A stretch of DNA of 64,000 nt from Bdellovibrionales bacterium (GCA_050246815.1 JBFWVI010000003.1:1-64000), one strand, 5' to 3'. Positions 1 to 8,125 are shown, counted from the stretch's first letter. Notes: generated by a model from the sequence alone, not told the origin. Made by a program: numbers and translations.

Positions 1-307
1 CAAAACGATCCAGCTCCACCTGCACTTCAGCGCCTTTGGGAAGTAATTGCTTCAGCCGAGCTGCCGCGCGAAAGGCCCACTCCCCCTGGCTTTTATCGTT
101 AAAATGCGTTTCAGGGGTGTCGATCCCTAAAAAGCGGGTTCGGACTTGGGTGCCATCCGCGGCCTTTAAAACCGCAGTATCTCCGTCGCTGGTGTAGTCC
201 ACGGTGACAGGCCCCTGGGTCAATTTCTCTGCTTCGCAAGGTGGCTGTAACGCCGAGGTCGGCGCAAGCGACATCAGCCCCAGAAAAAGTAGCTCCGCGC
301 CCCCCAT
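1..307 (-). CDS. Thermonuclease (staphylococcal nuclease-like) family protein, 5' part only (runs off the window edge)
   Basis: Not in the ORF track. Manual translation from ATG 307 (RBS GGGGAGG): MGGAELLFLGLMSLAP...VDYTSDGDTAVLK...VRTRFLGIDTPETHF...QGEWAFRAAARLKQLLPKGAEVQVELDRF. DGDT and R-x-x-GIDTPE are SNase motifs; the N-terminus is hydrophobic. Confidence 0.85.
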   Translation of the reverse strand, partial: MGGAELLFLGLMSLAPTSALQPPCEAEKLTQGPVTVDYTSDGDTAVLKAADGTQVRTRFLGIDTPETHFNDKSQGEWAFRAAARLKQLLPKGAEVQVELDRF

Positions 308-400
308 TCAAACCCTCCCCTGTTTCTTGGTCTAAAAAGACTATGGGTCTCAAACCATTGACGGCAATGGTTTTTAAGTCGCCAATGAAATTCTAACGGA

Positions 401-409
401 TGTGGACAA
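401..409 (-). promoter_or_regulatory. Possible single DnaA box (TTGTCCACA) in the nuclease/dksA divergent region
   Basis: TGTGGACAA on + strand, one mismatch to TTATCCACA; an isolated match could be chance. Confidence 0.25.
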
Positions 410-496
410 CTTTGTTTAACCTGGGCCCAGGGCCCTTGTGTCTTTCACACCAAGCAGGCTTAAGGACCAGCCGGCTTTAAAAGGGGAGACGTTTTT

Positions 497-865
497 ATGT
501 CGAATATATCTGCCGCCATCCTGGGCCAATGCAAAGCCAAGCTACTGGAAACCAAAACCCGACTCATGAACCAATTGCTGGATCAGCGTCAACATCTGGC
601 CTCACGCGAAGTCACGGGCGATGAAGCCGACCTGGGCGCCCTGGCTTTTGACGAAAGCCAGCTGTACGTGAAAAACCAGCGCGTGCGCGAGCAACTCCTT
701 GAAGTGGAGTTCGCCCTGGCCCGCATTGAGCGTGGCAATTACGGGGTTTGTGAAGAGACCCAGGAGCCGATTGAGGCCGAGAGATTGCTGGCCCTGCCTT
801 GGACCCGCCTTAGCATCGAGGGCGCGGAAATTCGCGAAACTTCGGGACGCCGCCAAACATCTTAA
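497..865 (+). CDS. dksA: DksA/TraR family RNA polymerase-binding factor (Cys-poor variant)
   Basis: Coiled coil with DEAD tip (GDEADLG), ALARIERGNYGVCEET..PI..ERL.ALPW motif; RBS GGGGAG. Confidence 0.85.
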   Translation: MSNISAAILGQCKAKLLETKTRLMNQLLDQRQHLASREVTGDEADLGALAFDESQLYVKNQRVREQLLEVEFALARIERGNYGVCEETQEPIEAERLLALPWTRLSIEGAEIRETSGRRQTS

Positions 866-1221
866 ATAGTTGCTGCAGGCCCCCGGTCCGCTGCCAAATC
901 CTCTAAGGCGACGAAGGTCTTGCCCTCGACCATGTCGCCCAACTTACTTTTTTTAAAAGAACCCTCTTGCCATAAGGGTTTGCAGCCAATTGTTGCAGCT
1001 TTGTCACAATGTACTTAAGTCCAGCAAATCCGCTTTTGAAGCGGCGCTCCCGGCTTTTCGGCTTGTCGACAAAATGGCGCGTAGGTGGTTGAATCCTAAC
1101 GTTATTTTAGCAAAATTCCGGACCTCTGCGGCCTGCTTTTTCTTAAAGCCCCTTCGCTTTCTCTCCGAGAAGTTTATTACCAGCAATGCGTGTAAACCGC
1201 TTTAAGCCGCGGAGGCTTTAA

Positions 1222-3636
1222 ATGAGTTTCGACCACAAAACGATTGAAGTTCCTGACTCTCTTCCGATGCTCCCCGTTCGCGACATCGTTGTTTTTCCCT
1301 ATATGATTCTGCCCTTGTACGTGGGCCGGGAAGCCTCGATCCGTGCGGTTGAAGAAGCTTTGGCCAAAGATCGTCTGATTTTTTTGGCTTCGCAAAAAGA
1401 AATCACCGAAGAGAATCCCACTGAAAACACGATCTACCGAGTTGGCACCATCGCGATGATCATTCGCATGCGAAAGCTGTCTGATGGTCGCGTGAAGATC
1501 CTGATTCAAGGTGTAGCCAAAGGCCGCATAAAAAAATTCAACCGCAGCGAGCCCGCCTTCGACGTGGCTGTGGAAAAAATTCCGGATCAAGTTGACCCGG
1601 CGTCACCGGTCGAAATCGAAGCCATGATCCGTACCGCCAAAGAGCAATTAGAAAAAATCATCGCCTTGGGCCGTATGCTCTCGCCTGATATCTTATTAGT
1701 CTTAGATGACGTTACAGAGCCCGGCCGTTTAGCGGACTTGATTGCAAGTAACATCGGATTAAAAGTTCCTGACGCCCAACGCGTGTTAGAAACTCAAGAC
1801 CCAAAAACTCGTTTGGTCTTGGTGAATGAAATTTTGGCCAACGAACTTGAAGTCTTGCAAATGCAAGCCAAAATTCGCAGCACCGCAAAAGATGAAATGT
1901 CAAAAAGCCAGCGCGAATACTTTTTACGCGAACAAATGCGCGCCATCAAAAATGAGCTGGGCGAACAAGATTCGAAAGCCGAAGAGCTTGAAGAATTGCG
2001 CGAAAAACTTCTGAACGCGGGCATGCCCGAAAAAGTTCAAGAAGAGGCCTTGAAACAATTGGGCCGCCTTGAGCGCATGCACCCGGATGCTTCTGAAGCC
2101 TCAATGGTCCGCACCTATTTGGACTGGTTGGTCGAGCTTCCTTGGGGCAACGCCACCGTCGACAATTTGGACCTGAACCATGCCCAAAAAATCTTGGATG
2201 AAGATCACCACGATTTACATAAGGTCAAAGACCGCATCTTGGAATTCTTGGCCGTGCGTAAACTTAAAGAAAAGAACATGAAGGGCCCGATCTTGTGTTT
2301 TGTTGGCCCCCCCGGCGTGGGTAAAACTTCTCTAGGCAAGAGCATTGCTCGCGCCATGGGTCGTGAGTATCACCGCATCGCGCTAGGCGGCGTGAAAGAC
2401 GAAGCAGAAATTCGTGGTCACCGCCGCACTTATGTCGGCGCCATGCCCGGTAAAATCGTGCAAGGATTGAAGCAAGTTAAAACCAACAACCCGGTGATCG
2501 TCCTGGACGAAATCGACAAACTTGGTTCTGACTTCCGCGGTGATCCCAGCGCGGCCATGCTTGAGGTCTTGGACCCCGAACAAAATGCCACCTTCCGTGA
2601 CAATTATTTGAATGTGGATTTTGATTTGAGCAATGTACTCTTCATTGCCACCGCCAACGTGTTCGAGGACATTCCGGCCGCACTGCGCGACCGCATGGAG
2701 ACCTTGCACATCAGCGGTTACACCGAAAACGACAAGCTGTTGATCACCAAAAAGCATTTGATCCCACGCCAAGTGGAAGCCAACGGCGTTGTGCCGTCGC
2801 AAATCGAATTCACCGACGACGGTTTGAAGTACCTGATTTCGCACTACACCCGCGAAGCAGGTCTGCGCAACCTTGAGCGCGAAGTGGGCTCGCTTTGCCG
2901 CAAAGTCGCCAAGCGCTTTGTGTTTGGCGATAAATCCAAGGTGACCATCGACGCGAAAACGGTGGTCGAGCTGTTGGGTGCGCCTCGATATTTAAGAGAA
3001 GAGCGTTTAAAAGAGAATCAAGTGGGAATCACCACCGGCCTAGCATGGACACAGGCTGGCGGAGAAGTCTTGTTTGTCGAAGCTTTGCGCATGAAAGGCA
3101 AAGGCGGTTTGACCCTGACCGGTCAACTGGGCGATGTGATGAAGGAATCGGCCCGCGCGGCCATGTCTTATGCTCGCGCCCACAGTGAAGAGCTGGGGAT
3201 CGACGAAGATTGGTTCGACAACAACGAAGTGCACGTTCACTTGCCCGCCGGAGCCATCCCCAAAGACGGCCCGTCGGCTGGTGTGACGATCGCAACGGCT
3301 TTGACCAGCCTGATGACAGGAACTCCGGTTCGTCGTGATATCGCCATGACCGGCGAGATCACCTTGGCGGGTCGAGTGCTTCCGGTCGGTGGCATCAAAG
3401 AAAAGGCTTTGGCCGCTTTGAATCACGGCGTGACCACGGTCATCGTGCCTGTCGCCAACCAAAAAGACGTCGCCGAAATCCCCAAGGACTTCAAAGAAAA
3501 GATGAACTTCATTTTCGTTGAAAACTTGGACGAGGTCTTCGCCTTGGCTTTCGATAAAAAAGCCCAAAAGAAAAAACCACACCAAGGCAACAAACCAAAC
3601 AAAAAAACCAAGCTACCCGCCGCCTCTGCCGCTTAG
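1222..3636 (+). CDS. lon: ATP-dependent protease La
   Basis: Lon N-domain ([13 protein letters not shown]), Walker [22 protein letters not shown], catalytic PKDGPSAG and GGIKEK. Confidence 0.98.
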   Translation: MSFDHKTIEVPDSLPMLPVRDIVVFPYMILPLYVGREASIRAVEEALAKDRLIFLASQKEITEENPTENTIYRVGTIAMIIRMRKLSDGRVKILIQGVAKGRIKKFNRSEPAFDVAVEKIPDQVDPASPVEIEAMIRTAKEQLEKIIALGRMLSPDILLVLDDVTEPGRLADLIASNIGLKVPDAQRVLETQDPKTRLVLVNEILANELEVLQMQAKIRSTAKDEMSKSQREYFLREQMRAIKNELGEQDSKAEELEELREKLLNAGMPEKVQEEALKQLGRLERMHPDASEASMVRTYLDWLVELPWGNATVDNLDLNHAQKILDEDHHDLHKVKDRILEFLAVRKLKEKNMKGPILCFVGPPGVGKTSLGKSIARAMGREYHRIALGGVKDEAEIRGHRRTYVGAMPGKIVQGLKQVKTNNPVIVLDEIDKLGSDFRGDPSAAMLEVLDPEQNATFRDNYLNVDFDLSNVLFIATANVFEDIPAALRDRMETLHISGYTENDKLLITKKHLIPRQVEANGVVPSQIEFTDDGLKYLISHYTREAGLRNLEREVGSLCRKVAKRFVFGDKSKVTIDAKTVVELLGAPRYLREERLKENQVGITTGLAWTQAGGEVLFVEALRMKGKGGLTLTGQLGDVMKESARAAMSYARAHSEELGIDEDWFDNNEVHVHLPAGAIPKDGPSAGVTIATALTSLMTGTPVRRDIAMTGEITLAGRVLPVGGIKEKALAALNHGVTTVIVPVANQKDVAEIPKDFKEKMNFIFVENLDEVFALAFDKKAQKKKPHQGNKPNKKTKLPAASAA

Positions 3637-3692
3637 GTGCCTGGCACCTTTTGGTTTAGCTGCGCGTCAACTGCGTGAAATGAATGAACTTG

Positions 3693-3719
3693 GTCGGCTG
3701 GGAAACCAGCCGACTTTTT
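3693..3719 (+). terminator. Rho-independent terminator after lon
   Basis: GTCGGCTGG-GAAA-CCAGCCGAC followed by TTTTT. Confidence 0.9.
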
Positions 3720-3980
3720 ACTTCTGCCTACTACTGTAAGTCACGCGGCCAAAGTCCTCAGGACGCTGTCTGAGAACCCCTTGCCTGGACTAAGCTTCCG
3801 GCTGGTGAAAAACCAAGGCCTCTAAAGTTTTAATTCGATTTAAAGCGGCATAAAGTTAGCGAAGCCGTCCATTTCACCAGAGGGAAACTTCGGCGCACCC
3901 GAAAAGTTCCGGCCCGAAAAGCTCGTTCAAGGGTAGCCTTATAGACTCCAAATCCATTTGGTTTTGAGGCGGTCGGGCGA

Positions 3981-3996
3981 TGGCAATCGTGTTGCA
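3981..3996 (+). promoter_or_regulatory. Putative sigma54 (-24/-12) promoter
   Basis: TGGCAATCGTGTTGCA matches TGGCAC-N5-TTGCW with exact GG-N10-GC spacing, 43 bp before ATG 4040. Confidence 0.65.
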
Positions 3997-4039
3997 TACT
4001 TGGGGGAGTCTCTAGATTTTTAGACTTGCCGGGAGCGAG

Positions 4040-4810
4040 ATGCCGATAAAGTTGATAATCTTTTCCCTTATGTTCACCTTATATACATATACGTCATTTG
4101 CATCAGGCGTGGCGGTGAATCCGACACAAGTTGGGCAGGGTAATGGTTCTGACATAAATGATCCCCTCGATATTGGAAGGCGACTCGAGCAAAGTGACGT
4201 GGTGATTGTTGGCTGGGCTCATATTTATGAAAATGACTTTATCCCTCTTGAGGTCATCAAACATCTGCCTCGCCTGAAGCGACTCAATGGCTGTTACTTA
4301 GTTGAGGTTCCAGGCAACAATACTCCCGTTCAATCTGAACAGCTTTGGTACTGTGGGTCCGCCGAGCTTTTGGCAGTGAAAAGGGCACGGGAGCTGGATA
4401 TTGCTGTGATTGGAGCCGACACCGAAGTCGAGTCAGGATCCGCAGATGATAAAATTGCAGCCAGAGATCAATTCATGTCCGATAGCATCGTGTCGGCATT
4501 AAACAACGGGGCCTCCAAAGTATTGATGCTGGTTGGTGGTGCCCATGTTACGGGAATTATCGAAAAGCTCCCACCCAAACTCAAGGTAGATTCCATTAGA
4601 ACAGACGCGGACTATTTTACAGGCGCAGTATATCTCACCGATATGCACGGGAAAGAAATTATGCAAATCGGCAAATTTAATCCTGCAGAGTATCTGCGCA
4701 CTTTATACCCAGATAAATACCCACAAGCTAAGAAAGCGCAGTTTCGTTCTGCTTTGGAGAGGATCATTCTAAGGGGAATAAAAGTCTGTGAAAAACTTCT
4801 GTTAGGTTGA
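4040..4810 (+). CDS. Secreted hypothetical protein, probable EreA/ChaN/TraB-TIKI-like fold
   Basis: Signal peptide ending SFA|S. Ordered motifs DVVIVGWAH, YLVEVP, IAVIGAD, ARDQFMSDSI, VLMLVGGAHV resemble the GExH...E...D...RD/NxxM...GxxH pattern of that superfamily. Confidence 0.6.
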   Translation: MPIKLIIFSLMFTLYTYTSFASGVAVNPTQVGQGNGSDINDPLDIGRRLEQSDVVIVGWAHIYENDFIPLEVIKHLPRLKRLNGCYLVEVPGNNTPVQSEQLWYCGSAELLAVKRARELDIAVIGADTEVESGSADDKIAARDQFMSDSIVSALNNGASKVLMLVGGAHVTGIIEKLPPKLKVDSIRTDADYFTGAVYLTDMHGKEIMQIGKFNPAEYLRTLYPDKYPQAKKAQFRSALERIILRGIKVCEKLLLG

Positions 4811-4977
4811 TGCCAAAAGCACTTGTCATCCGCAAGGACGGCGAACAGTTTCGCGGTCGCCACATGATCTCGCAAAATTTTTTTCATGCGTTTTGATCAC
4901 TAAGGCGCGCTCAATGTTCAGCGCGCTTCAGATCGCAGTGTCATAAATCACTATTGTGATCGTGCTTTGCTTAGGAA

Positions 4978-6138
4978 TCAGTGCGTTCCTGGGAATTTTC
5001 GGTATTCAACCTGAAGTCTTTTGCGGCCCTTGGCGTCCACAAATGCACGAGTCGCAAAAAGAGGTGCATTCATCGGCAATACGATTTCAGCATGGTCCTT
5101 GTAGGTACCGCGATCGACGTACCCAGCCGGAAGTCCGGCAGAGGCTTGAATTTCCAATATTACTCCGTCACCGCGAAGCACATCTCGAAGCCACATCTCA
5201 ACGAATTCTTCATCAAGAGAAGCAAATGCAAATGCTGCATCCGAAATATCCACTTCGCTATGTGCATTGTTTAATTTTTCCCAAATTTCAGTGAACCTTT
5301 GATCTTTAATCGCTCGGTAAAGAGTAGCTTTTTGTGGAATTCTTCCATCTTTCATTATCGCGGCGTTGAGTGTGTACAAACTGGGAATCATTTCGAGCTC
5401 AGGCGAATTTGGTTGTGGTGCCTGAACTCCTCGCAACCGGGGTAGATAGCTCCTGTAATCCGGTCCCGAAATCAAACTCATTCCGACTCTGGCATCGACA
5501 CTCAAATTCTTGTTCCAAAAATAAAATCCTGCGATTCCCCAATTTCTGCGCCCGTCCATCGTCGTTTTGTCGAAGTCGAAGCAAGAAGGGCAATGGTTTC
5601 TATTATGATGAATGCGAAACATTCCGCTCATGGCAGCGAAGAATGCGGGCACCATCTCGGGATCCTTGTAATTAGTACCAAGCGCTATCTCTAGAGCTTT
5701 CGGACCTTGATCTTGAGGTAAAAGAAACGCCGCGCCCAGTTCTGAAATATCGCCGCTGAAGAGATCTCCGGCTTGAATGTTCCCGCTATTAAATGTCAAA
5801 GAAATCGTCGATTTCATAAATGCATTCATCTCGCGAAGTAAAGCTTGCGAAATTTCTCTAGCTTCATCTTCGTTTTGAATTCGCATGGTGATGATGGGTT
5901 TTCCCCAAGGACCTTTTTCAAGAAAAATATCTTTGGTTTTGCCACTAATCTCGATGCTCATGCCTGGCTTATAAAAATACTGTTCGATTTGGTGGCTTTG
6001 CAGATAGTCAATGCAGGGATTTGCCCGAGCTTCGACAAGTGACGAAATTCCGTTGGCGCCTGTCAACCTGCTATACAAAAGTAAGCCTGTAAATACGCTA
6101 TAATTGATAAGAACGTGCGCCAATCGGGTATGTCTCAT
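4978..6138 (-). CDS. Secreted protein with C-terminal VIP2/C3-like ADP-ribosyltransferase domain
   Basis: The ORF track starts at 6282, but ATG 6138 gives a signal-like N-terminus (MRHTRLAHVLINYSVFTGLLL...ARA|N). C-terminal LNAAI..IPQKATLYRA...ISDAAFAFASLD...VILEIQASAG..AGYV...YKDHAEIVLP follows the R-S-E ART layout. Confidence 0.7.
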   Translation of the reverse strand: MRHTRLAHVLINYSVFTGLLLYSRLTGANGISSLVEARANPCIDYLQSHQIEQYFYKPGMSIEISGKTKDIFLEKGPWGKPIITMRIQNEDEAREISQALLREMNAFMKSTISLTFNSGNIQAGDLFSGDISELGAAFLLPQDQGPKALEIALGTNYKDPEMVPAFFAAMSGMFRIHHNRNHCPSCFDFDKTTMDGRRNWGIAGFYFWNKNLSVDARVGMSLISGPDYRSYLPRLRGVQAPQPNSPELEMIPSLYTLNAAIMKDGRIPQKATLYRAIKDQRFTEIWEKLNNAHSEVDISDAAFAFASLDEEFVEMWLRDVLRGDGVILEIQASAGLPAGYVDRGTYKDHAEIVLPMNAPLFATRAFVDAKGRKRLQVEYRKFPGTH

Positions 6139-6151
6139 TGAACATATGATG

Positions 6152-6167
6152 TGCAGGAAATGGGCCT
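6152..6167 (-). promoter_or_regulatory. Putative sigma54 promoter for the ART gene
   Basis: Minus strand AGGCCCATTTCCTGCA is GG-N10-GC; predicted +1 near 6141, just upstream of ATG 6138. Confidence 0.5.
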
Positions 6168-6285
6168 GAATTTTTACGCGATCTACGGTTCGACCAAGTG
6201 CCTCCACGCACACCAAAACCCAAGCCTTTTGAAACTCAAAAATCAGGATTGCACTGAATTTTGATCGAGTTTTTAAGAACATTTT

Positions 6286-6359
6286 CTGACGTAAAAATCG
6301 TCAGTGTAGAGTTGATGAAGCGGTGGTTTAGAACGCGCCAGTGAGAAGCAGATTCTCAC
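6286..6359. promoter_or_regulatory. Two 19-bp palindromes, candidate activator (bEBP) binding sites
   Basis: CTGACG-TAAAAAT-CGTCAG (6286-6304) and GTGAGAA-GCAGA-TTCTCAC (6341-6359); both have a 5-N7-5 core and their centres are 55 bp apart. Confidence 0.5.
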
Positions 6360-6748
6360 GAAAAACAAAAAATTCTGCAAAGAAAAATGTCGTAAAAAGC
6401 ACTACGATTGCGCTAGGTTGAATCAGAGATAGTGCTTTTTGTTGTATCGATGACACTTGATTCACGACACACGCGCGATCGGTAAAGTGCAAAGCTCAGT
6501 AGCAAAAGGCCTTATCCGCCGATGAATTGCCTCAGATCGCACCGAGGGGGACTGGGGAGCTCATTCAAGAGTGGACTTCGGATCCATTCCCAATATTGTC
6601 ACTTCGCGCGTTTACAAAGTAGATGGCCTACCCAGTTGGATCTACTGACATTTTTTGTGACCGGTCCTGAGCGACAAAGGATTAGCCAAATTTTCACCGC
6701 AAATGCCGTTGGCATAGCTTGCATCACTGGGGATGGATGAGGTGTACA

Positions 6749-7387
6749 ATGAAGCGAATTGCAAATCTGTGGAAATGTCAGGCTTCTACGTTCTTACTTA
6801 CGGTTTTGGCTGTTATGTCGTCATCCTTGTGGGCGGCTCCCGCGCAAGACGAAATGGAAAGGAGCCAAGTCTTTTTTGAAAATTTGTACCCGCAAATTAA
6901 ACTAGATGGAAATGTCGTTCGCATCTGCCGTACACCTCATGACAGTCCTATGTATAGCCACATGGAAAGGTCGACAGTGCCCCGAAATCGAGATGAGATT
7001 CGGCGCCTATCTGTAGTTGGTCTTATTGCAAGAACAGGAGCCCTAAGATTATCTCAGTATGTCAATTTGATGGGTAAGGCTGAAGATCTTGAATCATATG
7101 CTAAGGAATTCTGCAGAACGCAATTTAAGTCGGTTGCCCTTGCCGCGACCGAAATAGCTATCACCAAACTGACTCAACGGGACTTTGATCTCATTCGGCA
7201 AGTCCCTGTGCGTTCATTACGAAAAATTTCCCTGAATAATGGACTTCTAAAATTAGATTCGCAGGCGCCGAGCCCTGAAGACCATTACCTCGACACGTTT
7301 AAATGCATTGTCCCCCCGCATGCAGTCGACAGCCTTCCCGAGGACCTATTGGCAAGGCTTGAATCCAGAGAGTGTGAGCTTTACTAA
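6749..7387 (+). CDS. Secreted hypothetical protein with four Cys in the mature part
   Basis: RBS GAGGTG before ATG 6749; signal peptide ending SLWA|AP; no family recognised. Confidence 0.75.
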   Translation: MKRIANLWKCQASTFLLTVLAVMSSSLWAAPAQDEMERSQVFFENLYPQIKLDGNVVRICRTPHDSPMYSHMERSTVPRNRDEIRRLSVVGLIARTGALRLSQYVNLMGKAEDLESYAKEFCRTQFKSVALAATEIAITKLTQRDFDLIRQVPVRSLRKISLNNGLLKLDSQAPSPEDHYLDTFKCIVPPHAVDSLPEDLLARLESRECELY

Positions 7388-7439
7388 AATCCTTGATTCA
7401 CCGTCCCCGCGCGATCTGAAAAACGCAGGGCTCAAAAAC

Positions 7440-7467
7440 AAAAGCCGCGGTAATTCGCGGCTTTTTT
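7440..7467. terminator. Bidirectional rho-independent terminator
   Basis: AAAA-GCCGCG-GTAATT-CGCGGC-TTTTTT between convergent genes. Confidence 0.85.
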
Positions 7468-7476
7468 ATTTTCGGG

Positions 7477-7926
7477 CTACTCGACCCAAGGTTCTGACAG
7501 CATCGACTGGCGACGCAGTCTTTCGTTTTCCGACTCCAGCACTTTCACCAGAGTTCGCAAGTCGGCCACCTCTTCTTTTAAGGTGAGCACTTGCTCTTCT
7601 TTTTCTTGCAGGATGAGTGAATAAGCTTTTTTAAGCTCATTCAATAACCGGTTTGCCGTTGCCAGAATCGGCGAATTCTCTTCGCTGTCGACTGGCACCT
7701 GAACCGAAGGAGGATTCACGGCTCCACCACCGTTAACTTTGTGTGGGGGGGCAACGGTGGCTGGGGCCTGTGTGGTGTTGGTCAGGGGGGAATCTTTCAA
7801 AAGGTACTTGCCCTCTTGAAAGCTGTATTCGATCTCGCCGGTTTTAATCCGACGACGCAAGGTCGAGATACTCACCCGGTATTTTCCTGCATATTCGGTT
7901 ATGGGTAGCCAGCCTTGCGGGCTCAT
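7477..7926 (-). CDS. MerR/Xis-like helix-turn-helix protein with C-terminal coiled coil
   Basis: WLPITEYAGKYRVSISTLRRRIKTGEI HTH, Pro/Thr-rich linker, heptad-rich C-terminus; RBS GAGAGGA. Confidence 0.8.
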   Translation of the reverse strand: MSPQGWLPITEYAGKYRVSISTLRRRIKTGEIEYSFQEGKYLLKDSPLTNTTQAPATVAPPHKVNGGGAVNPPSVQVPVDSEENSPILATANRLLNELKKAYSLILQEKEEQVLTLKEEVADLRTLVKVLESENERLRRQSMLSEPWVE

Positions 7927-8125
7927 GACCAGTCCTCTCGGTTAATCAAAATCTATCACAAGGTTGGTCACTGTAAAGAGCCTGGTGTGAATACTCTTAT
8001 AAAATCCGGACCTCCGCCCTGGTCAAGCCTTCCAAACCATGACTATCTACAAGCCCAAGGTCCTAATAAACGTTGAAAAATCGATGGTTTTTGGCTTTTA
8101 GAGGCTGACCACCTGGAGTAAGCTC

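Noticed and set aside
111..353. 80-aa minus-strand ORF in the track
   Set aside because: Wrong frame; the overlapping frame from 307 encodes clear thermonuclease motifs and has an RBS.
4040..6138. The 4040 gene and the ART gene as a toxin-antitoxin or immunity pair
   Set aside because: They are convergent, separately promoted and both apparently exported; no ADP-ribosylhydrolase or macrodomain motifs were seen.
6139..6282. 48-codon N-terminal extension of the ART ORF
   Set aside because: It would bury the signal-like segment and overlaps the putative promoter; ATG 6138 is preferred, though unproven.
6710..6723. TGGCATAGCTTGCA, a sigma54-like motif upstream of the 6749 gene
   Set aside because: Spacing is GG-N8-GC; sigma54 requires N10, so it is not called as a promoter.
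6518..6740. GCCGATGA sigma28-like -10 and the 72-aa ORF at 6522
   Set aside because: No matching -35, no RBS and no recognisable protein features.
3720..7476. Accessory locus as a prophage, IS or integrative element
   Set aside because: No integrase, transposase, tRNA target or flanking direct repeats were found; the neighbouring HTH gene has host-like codon usage.
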